Part shown: piece after piece, positions 1 through 9,378 of the stretch
Layout of the letters: each line of letters begins with the position of its first letter
Numbering within the stretch: position 1 is the stretch's first letter
Virus record (IMG/VR): IMGVR_UViG_3300009506_000033
Location: 1-59,895 of that record
From: a virus
Taxonomy: Duplodnaviria > Caudoviricetes
Reading direction: 5' to 3' (one strand)
DNA length: 59,895 bases
Made by a program: the position numbers and the translations under genes
The notes under the pieces: model-generated
What the model was told of the DNA's origin: nothing
Databases searched by the model: none
What the model saw: only the letters and a program-made list of their open reading frames with translations

Positions 1-144
1 AGCCGCTGAACGTGGAAGGTCAGGAACCCGGACTGTTCGAGGAGGTGCGCCATGTCTAGAATACTTGCACGTGACGCCAAGCATCACATCGCACGTCGGC
101 AGCAGGTCTACACCAGCAACCGCTCCATACAGGGCCGCTGGACA
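1..144. repeat. Terminal direct repeat, left copy (identical to 59752-59895)
   Basis: agccgctgaacgtgg...gggccgctggaca is identical at both window ends. ORF 59508..59810 and ORF 52..519 run seamlessly across the join. Confidence 0.95.
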
Positions 145-519
145 GGCTTGCCTTACGACTACTTGGAGGAGGCTCGGGCGCTTAGGCTTATCCGCTACGA
201 GTGGGAGACTGCTGTGTATTTCGTCACGACATACGGTGAGCCGATAGCGGCAACGCCTATGCGGGGCGACCTCCGCGTGCTGCTTCCATACGCACCCAGA
301 CAGTGGGCACTGCTGAGGCGGTGGCTGCCCTCACCCACGTCGCGCAAATACCAGCGGCTGGTGCGGGACGTTGCCGAGAGCGAGGGAGTGCCCATCGTGT
401 GGGTCGATAACGCCAGCATGCTGATCCCCGCCTGCCTTGGCCTTGGGCAAGTCGGACTGTTCGACGAGCGCTACATAGGAGGAACTCTGCCAGACATTGC
501 ACCGGCACTGCACGCTTAA
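52..519 (+). CDS. Hypothetical early protein with QVGLFDE motif near the C-terminus
   Basis: ORF track. SD GAGGAGG upstream; coupled to the end of ORF 59508..59810 across the circular join. Confidence 0.75.
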   Translation: MSRILARDAKHHIARRQQVYTSNRSIQGRWTGLPYDYLEEARALRLIRYEWETAVYFVTTYGEPIAATPMRGDLRVLLPYAPRQWALLRRWLPSPTSRKYQRLVRDVAESEGVPIVWVDNASMLIPACLGLGQVGLFDERYIGGTLPDIAPALHA

Positions 520-546
520 TCACTTAATCACATAGGAGCTAATCAA

Positions 547-2229
547 ATGGCAACAAACAAAATCGAGACGCTTGAAGCGTTCAACGAATGGGTACGAGAA
601 ACCTTCGGTCGTCCGACCGACAAGCTGAACTGGAACTTTGCCGACGGCAAGTACGTGAAGCTGTTTGACGGGCCGCCGAACGCCACCAACTTCTGGATGT
701 GGCGCGAGTTCCTGCGGTTGTACCGGCACCCTCAGACGGGAGTTAGTATGTACAAACCGCCGGTCTGGGCAGGAAAGCTCGACCCCATCGCCAATCACTT
801 CCTGCACGTGGCCATCGGCGACGAGACGCTGGTCGCCTACACACCCAATCCCGAGAAGGGTGTGCGGGACGTGTCCGTCACCACGAAGCCGGGGAAGTAT
901 CTCCAGAAGTTCTACCCCTCACTGACCGAGGAACAGATACGACTGTATGCCAACGAGCACCGTGATCTGTACAGCAACGAGGACGTAGCGTTCGCTTGCA
1001 CCGCCGACGAGGTGGAGCACGTGTATCTGCATGGGCCGTCGTCGTGCATGAAGAAAGCCGCCAACCAGTTCACCACCGGCATCCAGCCGGTGCGGGTGTA
1101 TGGTGAAAGCCCGGACATTGTGCTGGCTTATCTCGACCGGGATAAGGGCATCAGCGGTCGCGCGTTGATGGACATAAGCCAGAAACCGCCGGTCTTCTCC
1201 CGCGTGTACGGGGACATGAACCTGAAGACGAAGCTGGAGCGCATGGGTTTCCGCTACGTCGGCGACGGTCAGCCGATGACTGGCACGAAACTCAAGATCG
1301 TGAAGGACGACTTCGGACGCATCATCATGCCCTACGTGGACTGGTGCGGGGTTGGGCGGGTCGACAACGAGACAGGTCTTATCACGCTCAACAAGTCAGG
1401 CGGTGAGCGCGTCAGCTTGCAGAACACCGCAGGGTACATCGAGAAGACCTACCAGTGTCCGACCTGCAATGGGCAGACTTCTGGCGCGTCCATGATGTAC
1501 CACGAAGTGCACAACCACAGCAAGGTTCCGGGGTGCGCTTCATGCTTCGACAACAGGGCGATTGTCCAAGGGCTGGCGCGCGGCGGGAATGCGGTCAATA
1601 TGCTCAGGGCAGAGGCCTCCATGCTCAAGTTGCAGGATGGCACCGAGGTCTATTTCGAGCAGGGCGTGGAGCCTGCCGATCTGGGGCTTGTGATGTTCGG
1701 CAAGGGCTGGGTGCCGGAAAGCGAACTGATTGATACCGTCAACCGGGGCAAGGTCTGGTCGAGGCACACACAAACGCTGACGCTGCGCGGCGGCCTGCGA
1801 TTCGTGGTCGAGGAGGATGCGATGAGTAATCTGAGCCTTGACGACTTCGTCGTGGGCAGAGTCAAGACCTCGCTAAGCACGGAGGTGCTGTACAAGCCCG
1901 ACCGCTCAACGCTCGTACGTGACAGGGGATCGCTCGGCGAGATGGCGCGGTACGGCATCAGCATGGGCCTGACGCTGGCGGAAGTCTTCGACTGGGTGCT
2001 CCCATCGGGAGTCAACACAGCCTCGCTACGACGGCTGGGCCGCTTGCTGTGGAACCGGGACTACAGCCAAGCGTGGGACGCAGCCGACAGCTTCCTGCCG
2101 GACGTCTACGAGTACCCGAAGGAAATGCTCGACCACCTCGACGTGGCTGAAAACAAGCGTGCCCGCAAGGAGCGCCTCAGCTATCGCATCGACGAATTCG
2201 GCACTGCTGACCTCAGCGTCGCCGCCTAA
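547..2229 (+). CDS. Large early phage protein (SCM...Y...GRAL...RVYG motif family; CxxC...CxxC zinc ribbon)
   Basis: 560 aa ORF with AGGAG SD. Motifs SSCM, SGRALM, SRVYGD, CPTC...CASC. Function unknown. Confidence 0.8.
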   Translation: MATNKIETLEAFNEWVRETFGRPTDKLNWNFADGKYVKLFDGPPNATNFWMWREFLRLYRHPQTGVSMYKPPVWAGKLDPIANHFLHVAIGDETLVAYTPNPEKGVRDVSVTTKPGKYLQKFYPSLTEEQIRLYANEHRDLYSNEDVAFACTADEVEHVYLHGPSSCMKKAANQFTTGIQPVRVYGESPDIVLAYLDRDKGISGRALMDISQKPPVFSRVYGDMNLKTKLERMGFRYVGDGQPMTGTKLKIVKDDFGRIIMPYVDWCGVGRVDNETGLITLNKSGGERVSLQNTAGYIEKTYQCPTCNGQTSGASMMYHEVHNHSKVPGCASCFDNRAIVQGLARGGNAVNMLRAEASMLKLQDGTEVYFEQGVEPADLGLVMFGKGWVPESELIDTVNRGKVWSRHTQTLTLRGGLRFVVEEDAMSNLSLDDFVVGRVKTSLSTEVLYKPDRSTLVRDRGSLGEMARYGISMGLTLAEVFDWVLPSGVNTASLRRLGRLLWNRDYSQAWDAADSFLPDVYEYPKEMLDHLDVAENKRARKERLSYRIDEFGTADLSVAA

Positions 2230-2244
2230 CTCAAGGAGAGAATC

Positions 2245-3357
2245 ATGGAACGACTGATCGAAATGCTTTCACACAAGCGCCCCCACGGAAGTGAAACCGA
2301 GAAGGAGTGGGTGAAGAAGTTTATCACCGACCCCCACACCCACACAGAGCACGAGGGCAACATCGTCATCGTCACTGACCCGAACTCTCGCACGCTATTC
2401 TCGGCGCATACTGACACCGTGCACCACGAAGGCGGGCCGAACGATGCGAAGTACGATGCCGACCTGCTGCTGGCGTACAAGGATGACAACACGCCGCTCG
2501 GCGCAGACGATGCCGCAGGGGTCTGGCTCCTGCTGGAAATGATCGACGCGAAGATTCCGGGGACGTACATCTTCCACCGGGGCGAGGAGCGCGGCGGCAT
2601 CGGCTCCCGTTGGATGAAGGAGAATCGCAAGGAGCTGCTCAAGCAGTACGACCGGGCCATTGCCTTCGACCGACGTGGGCGCAAGGATGTCATCACCCAC
2701 CAAGGCGGCACGGAGTGCTGCTCCCCCGAGTTTGCGAAGGCGCTGTGTGCGGGACTCGAAGGGGAGTACGCGCCCTGCCCCGGCGGATCGTTCACCGACA
2801 CGAAGAACTACATCGGGCTAATACCCGAGTGCACGAACGTAGCAGTTGGGTATGACCGAGAGCACTCATCAAACGAGACGCTCGATGTGGAACACCTGAT
2901 GCGGTTACGAGAACGTGTGCTCACCATCGACTGGGAGAAACTGCCCACGGTGCGTGAGCCTAAAGAACCTGTGTATGGTGGATACCTCGGACGCAAGAGC
3001 TACGGCGGCGGCTGGGGCTACGGCGACTTCGACGACTTCGACGACGACTTCGCCGCGTTTTATGGTTACTCGAAACCCAGAGGTGGCTCAGGAAGGCGCA
3101 AGCGGCCACCTGCAACTGTGACGCAACTGCCGCAGCGTACCCCTGCGGGCTTGCTGCCTATCACGCCCGACCCGAGAGCAGAGGAGCGCATCAAGCGCGG
3201 CGCTCTGGTTCAGCGGTTGAAGCTGATGCCCAGCCTAATCAACACGCTCACCTATCAAGAGATGAGCGACTTGGCTTGGGCCGATCCCGATACCTTTGCC
3301 ACCGTGGTCTGGACTTATATCAAGACTGGACAGAATCATGTTAAAGCCCGTAAGTGA
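2245..3357 (+). CDS. M28/M20-like zinc-dependent peptidase
   Basis: Metal-ligand motifs AHTDTV, LGADDAAG, GEERGGIGS, FDRRG, FTDT, GY..EHS..E. Confidence 0.8.
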   Translation: MERLIEMLSHKRPHGSETEKEWVKKFITDPHTHTEHEGNIVIVTDPNSRTLFSAHTDTVHHEGGPNDAKYDADLLLAYKDDNTPLGADDAAGVWLLLEMIDAKIPGTYIFHRGEERGGIGSRWMKENRKELLKQYDRAIAFDRRGRKDVITHQGGTECCSPEFAKALCAGLEGEYAPCPGGSFTDTKNYIGLIPECTNVAVGYDREHSSNETLDVEHLMRLRERVLTIDWEKLPTVREPKEPVYGGYLGRKSYGGGWGYGDFDDFDDDFAAFYGYSKPRGGSGRRKRPPATVTQLPQRTPAGLLPITPDPRAEERIKRGALVQRLKLMPSLINTLTYQEMSDLAWADPDTFATVVWTYIKTGQNHVKARK

Positions 3358-3523
3358 TCTGCTCTCGTGTGCACGGTTGTGTGCGCGAGAACCCGGAAAG
3401 GTTGGCGATGCCGGGACTTCGGTCATGAGCTTCTTGGTGCTGCATCTCAAGGAGTCCGTGGTCACAGTCCCCCGTGAACTGGAGAAGCACGTCAAGACCA
3501 TCGAAAAATTCTGTGGGGGATAG
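3338..3523 (+). CDS. Small hypothetical protein
   Basis: ATG at 3338 within the ORF-track frame 3296..3523; fills the gap between flanking genes. Confidence 0.5.
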   Translation: MLKPVSDLLSCARLCAREPGKVGDAGTSVMSFLVLHLKESVVTVPRELEKHVKTIEKFCGG

Positions 3524-3525
3524 CC

Positions 3526-4182
3526 ATGCGAATGAACAACAGTATGCGGTACAGGCTACGCAACCGGTTCATAAGTGATTTTGAATCCAAGCTGATGGCG
3601 CTATACAGCAAGCTTCACGAAGGTGTGACGGACGATGAGCGGCGTGAGTTTCTCGTGCTGTGTCGGGAGCGAATACCTCCCGAGGAGCGACAGGTAGCTA
3701 TGATGATGAAAGACCACCCGGAGTTGGCAGGGTTTGTCAGGACAACCAACCGCATCATGGTGCGGGAGACTGTGTATCGCTCCGTCGAGATAGTTGACAC
3801 CGAGCAGGTATATGCAATCCCGGTGGCGTTCGGTTCGCGCAGTGCGGTGATCCTGCACGTAGCACCGAGCGACGACAGCCGCTTCGCGAAGCTGTACGAA
3901 AAGCTGCTCATGGAGCACTACACCCCTGAGCCGGTGCGACAGGCGAGAACCACGGTGGACTACTATGTGCGATCTGCTCTCGCCGCCGCAACCACGATGG
4001 AGACGCTGGTAGAAGTGTGGCCGGAAATGCGTGCGACCGCCGAGCAGGGGGCTGCTGACCTGCTCCAAGGTCTTGCGCCAAAGACCCGAGTCAAGCCGTC
4101 CGATGAACTCATGAAGTACATTGCCGCCACTCGGCGAGAACAGGAGCAGGCTATCGAAAGTCTCGACCCATTCATAACGTAG
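3526..4182 (+). CDS. Hypothetical protein, possibly Nmad5-like
   Basis: 218 aa. The C-terminal LAAATTMETLVEVWPE resembles the T..L...WPE signature I associate with Nmad5; not verified. Confidence 0.55.
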   Translation: MRMNNSMRYRLRNRFISDFESKLMALYSKLHEGVTDDERREFLVLCRERIPPEERQVAMMMKDHPELAGFVRTTNRIMVRETVYRSVEIVDTEQVYAIPVAFGSRSAVILHVAPSDDSRFAKLYEKLLMEHYTPEPVRQARTTVDYYVRSALAAATTMETLVEVWPEMRATAEQGAADLLQGLAPKTRVKPSDELMKYIAATRREQEQAIESLDPFIT

Positions 4183-4190
4183 GAGGTATC

Positions 4191-4478
4191 ATGCCCAAAA
4201 CAGAAGCCGACAGGCTTAACAACATTGAAACCCGGCTGACGCGGATTGAAACCCGCCAAGCTAGGTTCATGGTTGCGCTAGGCATCGACCCATATGGGGA
4301 GGTGGCTAAAGCAAGAACGCAGCGCATCCGGCTGCGAGATGATTACAGACTGGAGATACCTACACTGGATGTCTCCATTCTGGACTTGAGGCAGTTTCTC
4401 ACGTCGAAGAATCTCGCAGCCGGGAGTTATGACGTGCTGCATCAGGGGGCACTCGTTGCCACAGTTGTATTGAAGTAA
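4191..4478 (+). CDS. Hypothetical protein with N-terminal coiled coil
   Basis: AGGAGG SD; RLNNIETRLTRIETR heptads. Confidence 0.75.
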   Translation: MPKTEADRLNNIETRLTRIETRQARFMVALGIDPYGEVAKARTQRIRLRDDYRLEIPTLDVSILDLRQFLTSKNLAAGSYDVLHQGALVATVVLK

Positions 4479-4502
4479 TCATTTAACAGGAGCTAATCAA
4501 TC

Positions 4503-5189
4503 ATGGGAACTATCCAATCTGAAATCCTCACTTACGGTGCTATCGAAGCGCATCTTCGAGCACACCCTGACCAGTGGTTTCACGCACGGCAGCTGGCTGA
4601 AGTTGTCCCGCAGCTGAAGGACGCCGACGTGAACAAGATCAGCAACAAGCTGCGGTATCTGGAACAGATCGGCACGCTGGTGCGTCGCCACACGAAGGAC
4701 ACGAACTTCCGTGGCGTCTTCGACTACCAGCTGTCCCCGACTGCTGCGGCCGCGGCCCCGACTACGCTGAAGCGTGTGTACGCCAAGCGCAAGACCGAAG
4801 CCGTGTACCGTGACATCGACGCATGGGTGCAGGCGCACTCCAGCGTGGAGAACCCTATCCACGCCTTGGACATTCGCGCACGCTGCCCGTACTTCAAATC
4901 CCAGTGGGAGGTCTACTCCTATCTGGACAATCGTCGCAAGAAGAAGTTGCTGATTCGCAGCACGGCTGGCGCTGGCCGTATGAAGTTCGTGTATTACTGG
5001 AACCCACAAGCCGTTTCAGCACCTGCACCAGCACCCGTGGAGGCACCGGCACAAGTTATCTCCATGCCGCAGCGCACGAGCGCGGTGCCGGTAAGGTTTG
5101 GCAAGTGTGCGATCAACGTGGATGCCGAGACGGGTGAAGTATCCATCTCCGTTGGTAGCATGGTTATCAACATCAAGAATGCGGGGTGA
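4503..5189 (+). CDS. Putative DNA-binding protein (tandem winged-helix-like repeats)
   Basis: Two similar basic helix-turn-helix/wing segments (ARQLAEVVP..ISNKLRYLEQIGTLVR; ALDIRARC..VYSYLDNRRKKKLLIR); GGAGCTAATC RBS. Confidence 0.6.
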   Translation: MGTIQSEILTYGAIEAHLRAHPDQWFHARQLAEVVPQLKDADVNKISNKLRYLEQIGTLVRRHTKDTNFRGVFDYQLSPTAAAAAPTTLKRVYAKRKTEAVYRDIDAWVQAHSSVENPIHALDIRARCPYFKSQWEVYSYLDNRRKKKLLIRSTAGAGRMKFVYYWNPQAVSAPAPAPVEAPAQVISMPQRTSAVPVRFGKCAINVDAETGEVSISVGSMVINIKNAG

Positions 5190-5380
5190 CTATGCCGCTC
5201 GACGTGAACCTCACCACTGGGGGTGTCAGTCATGTCGGTGCAGTACGCAAGGTCGAAGTGCCACGTAAACGTGACGTGCTGGATGCCTATGATCGCATCG
5301 GCAAAGCAATCGACCGAGGCTTGCTGCCATCGAAAGAAGACTGGCTCCTCGTACATCGCTTCATCCTGACTAGGAGTTGA
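5186..5380 (+). CDS. Hypothetical protein
   Basis: GTGA overlap with the upstream stop. Confidence 0.55.
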   Translation: MTMPLDVNLTTGGVSHVGAVRKVEVPRKRDVLDAYDRIGKAIDRGLLPSKEDWLLVHRFILTRS

Positions 5381-5381
5381 C

Positions 5382-5660
5382 ATGGGCATCGTGATTGCCA
5401 CGAAGGTGGGTCGCCATACCGGACTCATCGCGCGGCAGACCGATGCCTATGTCGAAGTGATACGGTTGACGAATCGGGGGCTGGACACTGTCCGGCTCAC
5501 CGAGGAGCAGCTTATCGCTGACTGGGGTCAGCTGACCGCGTATACATCGAGTGGTGGGGTACAGCGATTTATCAAACTGGCACAGACTTGTCGCACCACG
5601 AAGCGGGTGCGCGATCTGTTGCTGCGTCTCGAACGCGAGTACCCGCCAGAAACGGCTTAG
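5382..5660 (+). CDS. Hypothetical protein
   Basis: AGGAG SD; tight packing. Confidence 0.7.
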   Translation: MGIVIATKVGRHTGLIARQTDAYVEVIRLTNRGLDTVRLTEEQLIADWGQLTAYTSSGGVQRFIKLAQTCRTTKRVRDLLLRLEREYPPETA

Positions 5661-5688
5661 TACCGCACCGCCTTAGACCGAGGAGCAT

Positions 5689-6111
5689 ATGAAACTAAGA
5701 ACAGACTTACCACCAGAACAGGCAAAGCGGCAGCTGTTGCTGGACTACCTCAACCGCCACGGTGAGTGTGAGGCAGGTGTGCTGGCTCACCTGCTGGGTG
5801 AGCGCCGCCGCACCACCTCCGTGCGCTTGCAGCGCATGGCCGAAGCTGGCGAAGTGACGCGCCGGTACGCCCGTATTGGACGGACATGGGGCTACTACTT
5901 CACCGCAGTCGCCACCGTGACTCAAGCAAAGATGCCGCTGCTCAGCTGGGAGGCAGAGCAACTGCGGCTCAAGCAACGCGACAAGCCTGTCCGTCGCAAA
6001 TCGACTACCGGGCATTACGTCAACGACATCGACACTCGTGGCCCCCACCGCAACCAAGGTGGTCAGGGCGCGATTGTCGAGAGGCGGCGAACTGTCGGGG
6101 AGATTATCTAG
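5689..6111 (+). CDS. Putative winged-helix DNA-binding protein
   Basis: LLDYLNRHG..AGVLAHLLG..TSVRLQRMAEAGEV..YYF is a wHTH pattern; GAGGAG SD. Confidence 0.65.
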   Translation: MKLRTDLPPEQAKRQLLLDYLNRHGECEAGVLAHLLGERRRTTSVRLQRMAEAGEVTRRYARIGRTWGYYFTAVATVTQAKMPLLSWEAEQLRLKQRDKPVRRKSTTGHYVNDIDTRGPHRNQGGQGAIVERRRTVGEII

Positions 6112-6141
6112 TTTGTAGGTACAAACTGAAAGGAGCTAATC

Positions 6142-6402
6142 ATGAGATTCAAAACCCCTCAACGGGTGGTCAACCTCTCATTCGCAGGATACCTGCTCAT
6201 GACTGTCATCTGCTTCGGCCCGGCAACCGTGGAGAGTGAGCGCGTCCAAGCTAAAGAAGAACGCGAATGCACACCCCAGCCACAATGCCGTGCATACGCC
6301 ACGCAAGCAGGAGTCGGCATATTCAAGGCGGTGTTCTGGCCGCTCTGGATTTCGTATCGCCTAGCCGGTGGTAACGCCGACCTTTACAAAGAAAGGAGCT
6401 AA
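6142..6402 (+). CDS. Small membrane-associated protein
   Basis: Hydrophobic N-terminus and AVFWPLWISY segment; GGAGCTAATC RBS. Confidence 0.7.
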   Translation: MRFKTPQRVVNLSFAGYLLMTVICFGPATVESERVQAKEERECTPQPQCRAYATQAGVGIFKAVFWPLWISYRLAGGNADLYKERS

Positions 6403-6404
6403 CC

Positions 6405-6611
6405 ATGAGCACCGAGTGGGAGTTCAACCCTGATCTTGATATTTCATACGATGAAGTAAAGATCACACGGCACGGCAGCGGGATAGCCGTAGCGTACTAC
6501 AAAAAAGGAAAGTATATCGCCACGATGAAGGTCAGCGAGTGCGACCTATGTCGAGGTGACACCCTGACGATTACGGGACTGACGGGGTCATTCCCCATAA
6601 AGGGGTGCTGA
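6405..6611 (+). CDS. Hypothetical protein
   Basis: AGGAG SD; tight packing. Confidence 0.65.
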   Translation: MSTEWEFNPDLDISYDEVKITRHGSGIAVAYYKKGKYIATMKVSECDLCRGDTLTITGLTGSFPIKGC

Positions 6612-6612
6612 C

Positions 6613-6906
6613 ATGACAGAGGACGCTGAACTGTATGCCGGGTGGAAGAAGCACAAGCAGGAGAAGCGCGCATCGAACAGGGTGCAGAGTGCAGAACTGC
6701 TGGATCGGGCAGACGTTAAGTACGAGGTCAGGAATGAAGGCGCGCACCTGATCGTTGATACGTGCGGCACGCACCCAAACCAGACGGCTGTGGATTTCTG
6801 GCCGGGTACAGGCCTGTGGATCAGACGCGACAACCATCATAGGCAGCGCGGCGTACACAGCCTTATCAAATTTATCAAACATGGAGCTACAAATGGAAAA
6901 CCTTAA
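6613..6906 (+). CDS. Hypothetical phage protein
   Basis: N.GAHLIV...VDFWPGTGLW...RGV..L pattern recognised from small phage proteins. Confidence 0.7.
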   Translation: MTEDAELYAGWKKHKQEKRASNRVQSAELLDRADVKYEVRNEGAHLIVDTCGTHPNQTAVDFWPGTGLWIRRDNHHRQRGVHSLIKFIKHGATNGKP

Positions 6907-7279
6907 AGGACTTCACTTCACCAGCGCCGACCGGCAGATACTGCGCGACCAGCTCGTTGTCGCAGTCGAGGAGACGCCGCAAGAGGAGATAGACAGCAAC
7001 CCCGGAGCCGCAGACCTGCTCAACACGATACTGAACCTGATCGACGACTGCACAGCACTGGAGGCGGCGCTGATCCATGTGCATACCCGACTGGATGAGG
7101 CGCAGGAAGCCATCTCGGACGCGGTTCAGGGCGATCTTGAGAATGGCGTCGCGTGGCTGAACGATGCAGCGGCAGAGGAGTTCAACACCAAGTATCCGAA
7201 CATCTCGAAGGCGCTCGGCATGGTGGTCGAGATTGGCGTGCTGGATGAGGTGCGTGACCCCGAGGGAGAGCAGACATGA
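6893..7279 (+). CDS. Acidic hypothetical protein
   Basis: Likely start ATG 6893 after GGAG, in the frame of track ORF 6755..7279. Confidence 0.7.
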   Translation: MENLKGLHFTSADRQILRDQLVVAVEETPQEEIDSNPGAADLLNTILNLIDDCTALEAALIHVHTRLDEAQEAISDAVQGDLENGVAWLNDAAAEEFNTKYPNISKALGMVVEIGVLDEVRDPEGEQT

Positions 7280-7782
7280 CTGAAGACGAAGCCTTTGCGA
7301 AAGCAATGGAGGGGCGACAATACGGTGAGGATGAAACGCGCGATGCACGCGCATGGTTCCACGCGGGCTGGGAAGCGCGGCGCTCCGAACGAATAGCCGA
7401 CCGCCTCTACAACGGTACTGCTGCCGAGTCCGAGCTGGAAGAACTGCTCGACGATGCAGGCGTGATTTACGAGAAGACCGGCTGGGATTATTACGACGAC
7501 TCTGTTGAGATTTACGGGGTGCCCCCTGAGTCCAGACTGGAACAGAGCACCCTGAAGCAGCTGCGTGCCGCTGGGTTCATGAAGGCATACGTGAACCATA
7601 CCGATGGCTGGGAGACGCACTACAACCTGATGACCGGTGTGCCGTGGCGCGTCAGTTACCCAGACAAGCGCAAGCCGGAAGGCGGCAGCATCTGGGTCGA
7701 GGAGCCCGTCCCTACATGGCCGCGCGCATGGTTTGAATCGGGATACGTCTTAGTCATGAAACTGCTAGGAGGAAAGAAATGA
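7276..7782 (+). CDS. Hypothetical protein
   Basis: ATGA overlap; 168 aa. Confidence 0.75.
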   Translation: MTEDEAFAKAMEGRQYGEDETRDARAWFHAGWEARRSERIADRLYNGTAAESELEELLDDAGVIYEKTGWDYYDDSVEIYGVPPESRLEQSTLKQLRAAGFMKAYVNHTDGWETHYNLMTGVPWRVSYPDKRKPEGGSIWVEEPVPTWPRAWFESGYVLVMKLLGGKK

Positions 7783-8078
7783 GCATCATATGTAAGTTGT
7801 TTAGCCATAAACCCCTGACCACAGGGGGCCGGGTCGGCGGCAGGCTTGATTGGGTGGAAGCCCGAGTAACACGTAAGGCCGGGATATTCGCTGCAGCTGT
7901 ACCGGAGACCTACGCTCACGGGTCGCAATACAGGCTGCTGACTGACGGGCGTGCGTACCTATGTCCAGAGTGCGGCGGGTATGGAGCTACTGCGGATTCG
8001 CTCACATGCAGTTTCTGCGGTGGTGTAGGTACGTTGGCGTTGACTGACCCACGCATAGTTACAGGAGAAAAGAAATGA
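7779..8078 (+). CDS. Hypothetical protein with DnaJ-type CxxCxGxG zinc-finger repeats
   Basis: CPECGGYG and CSFCGGVG. Confidence 0.65.
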   Translation: MSIICKLFSHKPLTTGGRVGGRLDWVEARVTRKAGIFAAAVPETYAHGSQYRLLTDGRAYLCPECGGYGATADSLTCSFCGGVGTLALTDPRIVTGEKK

Positions 8079-8371
8079 CTGCACTATTCACCATGCTTGC
8101 CATACTGACAACCCTGCTGGGCATCCGGTGGGTCGTGGCCGTCGCCCTCGACGCCATGCTGCGCGATCTGCTGCGCGACCTCAACGAAGCACTCATCATG
8201 AACCACGCGCCTGCATCGGCAATGTTGAGTTATGCCGACCTGCCACGGGTGCGCGATATGGTATTCGACCTCACCCTGTGGACGCCCCGCGAAGCCGTGC
8301 GGATGTATGTCCAGTCGCAGCTGCATGAGCGAGGGTTTAAGAAGGCGGCGGCTGTCATCGACGAACTATGA
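8075..8371 (+). CDS. Hypothetical protein with N-terminal transmembrane helix
   Basis: ATGA overlap; hydrophobic N-terminus. Confidence 0.65.
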   Translation: MTALFTMLAILTTLLGIRWVVAVALDAMLRDLLRDLNEALIMNHAPASAMLSYADLPRVRDMVFDLTLWTPREAVRMYVQSQLHERGFKKAAAVIDEL

Positions 8372-8383
8372 GGGGTACGCCAA

Positions 8384-8713
8384 ATGAAACCAAGCCGTGA
8401 GGAAGTGCTGAAGATTGCGATTGATTGTGGCCTCATCGTTGACGAGGATTACAACCACATCTGGTTTGATCTTGTTCAACGCTTCGCCGCTGCCATCTAC
8501 GAAGCCGGTGCGAAGTCAGAGCGTGCGGTGTCGGACAGGCTGCTGGAGGCGTTGAAGGGATCACGAAGCGCATTTGAAGCAGCAAACGCTTGGCTAGATG
8601 GGGGTGGCGCAATAGAGGACACTATCTGGTATTCGGCAACTGAAACGCTGTTTGATTACATGGATTCAGCCATCGCCGAAGTCGAAGCCATGCGAAAGGA
8701 GAAACCGGAATGA
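8384..8713 (+). CDS. Hypothetical protein
   Basis: ORF track; GAGG SD. Confidence 0.7.
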   Translation: MKPSREEVLKIAIDCGLIVDEDYNHIWFDLVQRFAAAIYEAGAKSERAVSDRLLEALKGSRSAFEAANAWLDGGGAIEDTIWYSATETLFDYMDSAIAEVEAMRKEKPE

Positions 8714-9060
8714 GTAAGTTTAGACTTGGGAAAGACGGCTGGCCGACAGATGAGGCTGTTATCGACCAACGAGATAAAGAAATAGAATCCCTCCGCCAGC
8801 AGCTTGCCGAGTCGCAGGCGCGGGAGAAGGCGTTGCGTGATGGCTATAGAAAAATTCTGGCGTGGCCCTACCTTAGCGATGAACTGAGAAGGGCTGTTAC
8901 AGCACCACTCGCCATACCATCCGACTCCACCGCTCTCGACGCTGCCATCGCCAAGGCAAAGCGGGAGGCGCTTCTAGAGGCCTCTAAAAGATTGGCTGGA
9001 ACTCCAGCAGCTTGCGATCTTGAAGACATGGCCGAGGAACTGAAAGGTGAGCAGGGATGA
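8710..9060 (+). CDS. Hypothetical coiled-coil protein
   Basis: ATGA overlap; EIESLRQQLAESQARE. Confidence 0.7.
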   Translation: MSKFRLGKDGWPTDEAVIDQRDKEIESLRQQLAESQAREKALRDGYRKILAWPYLSDELRRAVTAPLAIPSDSTALDAAIAKAKREALLEASKRLAGTPAACDLEDMAEELKGEQG

Positions 9061-9257
9061 ATGACAAGGCAATAACATTGTTGAAGCGATTGGAATGGAG
9101 TGCGTTTTATAGCTACTGCACAGGATGGCCTGCTTGCCCTGTCTGCAAAGGTATTAAACCCGGATACGGGCGCGATGAGCGAGGTGTATTACCTGACCAA
9201 CAAGGACACCGTAAAGGATGCGAATTGGAAATCGTGCTGAAAGGTGAGCAGGGATGA
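9057..9257 (+). CDS. Small Cys/His-containing hypothetical protein
   Basis: CPVC...H..C; bounded by 22-bp direct repeats. Confidence 0.65.
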   Translation: MNDKAITLLKRLEWSAFYSYCTGWPACPVCKGIKPGYGRDERGVLPDQQGHRKGCELEIVLKGEQG

Positions 9258-9367
9258 AACCATTTTTAGTATTTATCGCATTTACCGTAATTTTTATCTT
9301 CACAGCAGCAACTTGGTTGGCTTGGTTTACAGGCGCTACAGGTTGCACTGTGTGCTTCTTTAATTGA
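9254..9367 (+). CDS. 37-aa hydrophobic membrane peptide (not in ORF track)
   Basis: ATGA overlap at 9254; MKPFLVFIAFTVIFIFTAATWLAWFTGATGCTVCFFN*. Confidence 0.55.
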   Translation: MKPFLVFIAFTVIFIFTAATWLAWFTGATGCTVCFFN

Positions 9368-9378
9368 GGTGAGCAGGA

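Noticed and set aside
3025-3060. DFDDFDDDFAAF as an SSB C-terminal tail mimic
   Set aside because: Internal rather than C-terminal, lacks the terminal PF, and is explained by a short gacttcgac tandem repeat in a disordered linker.
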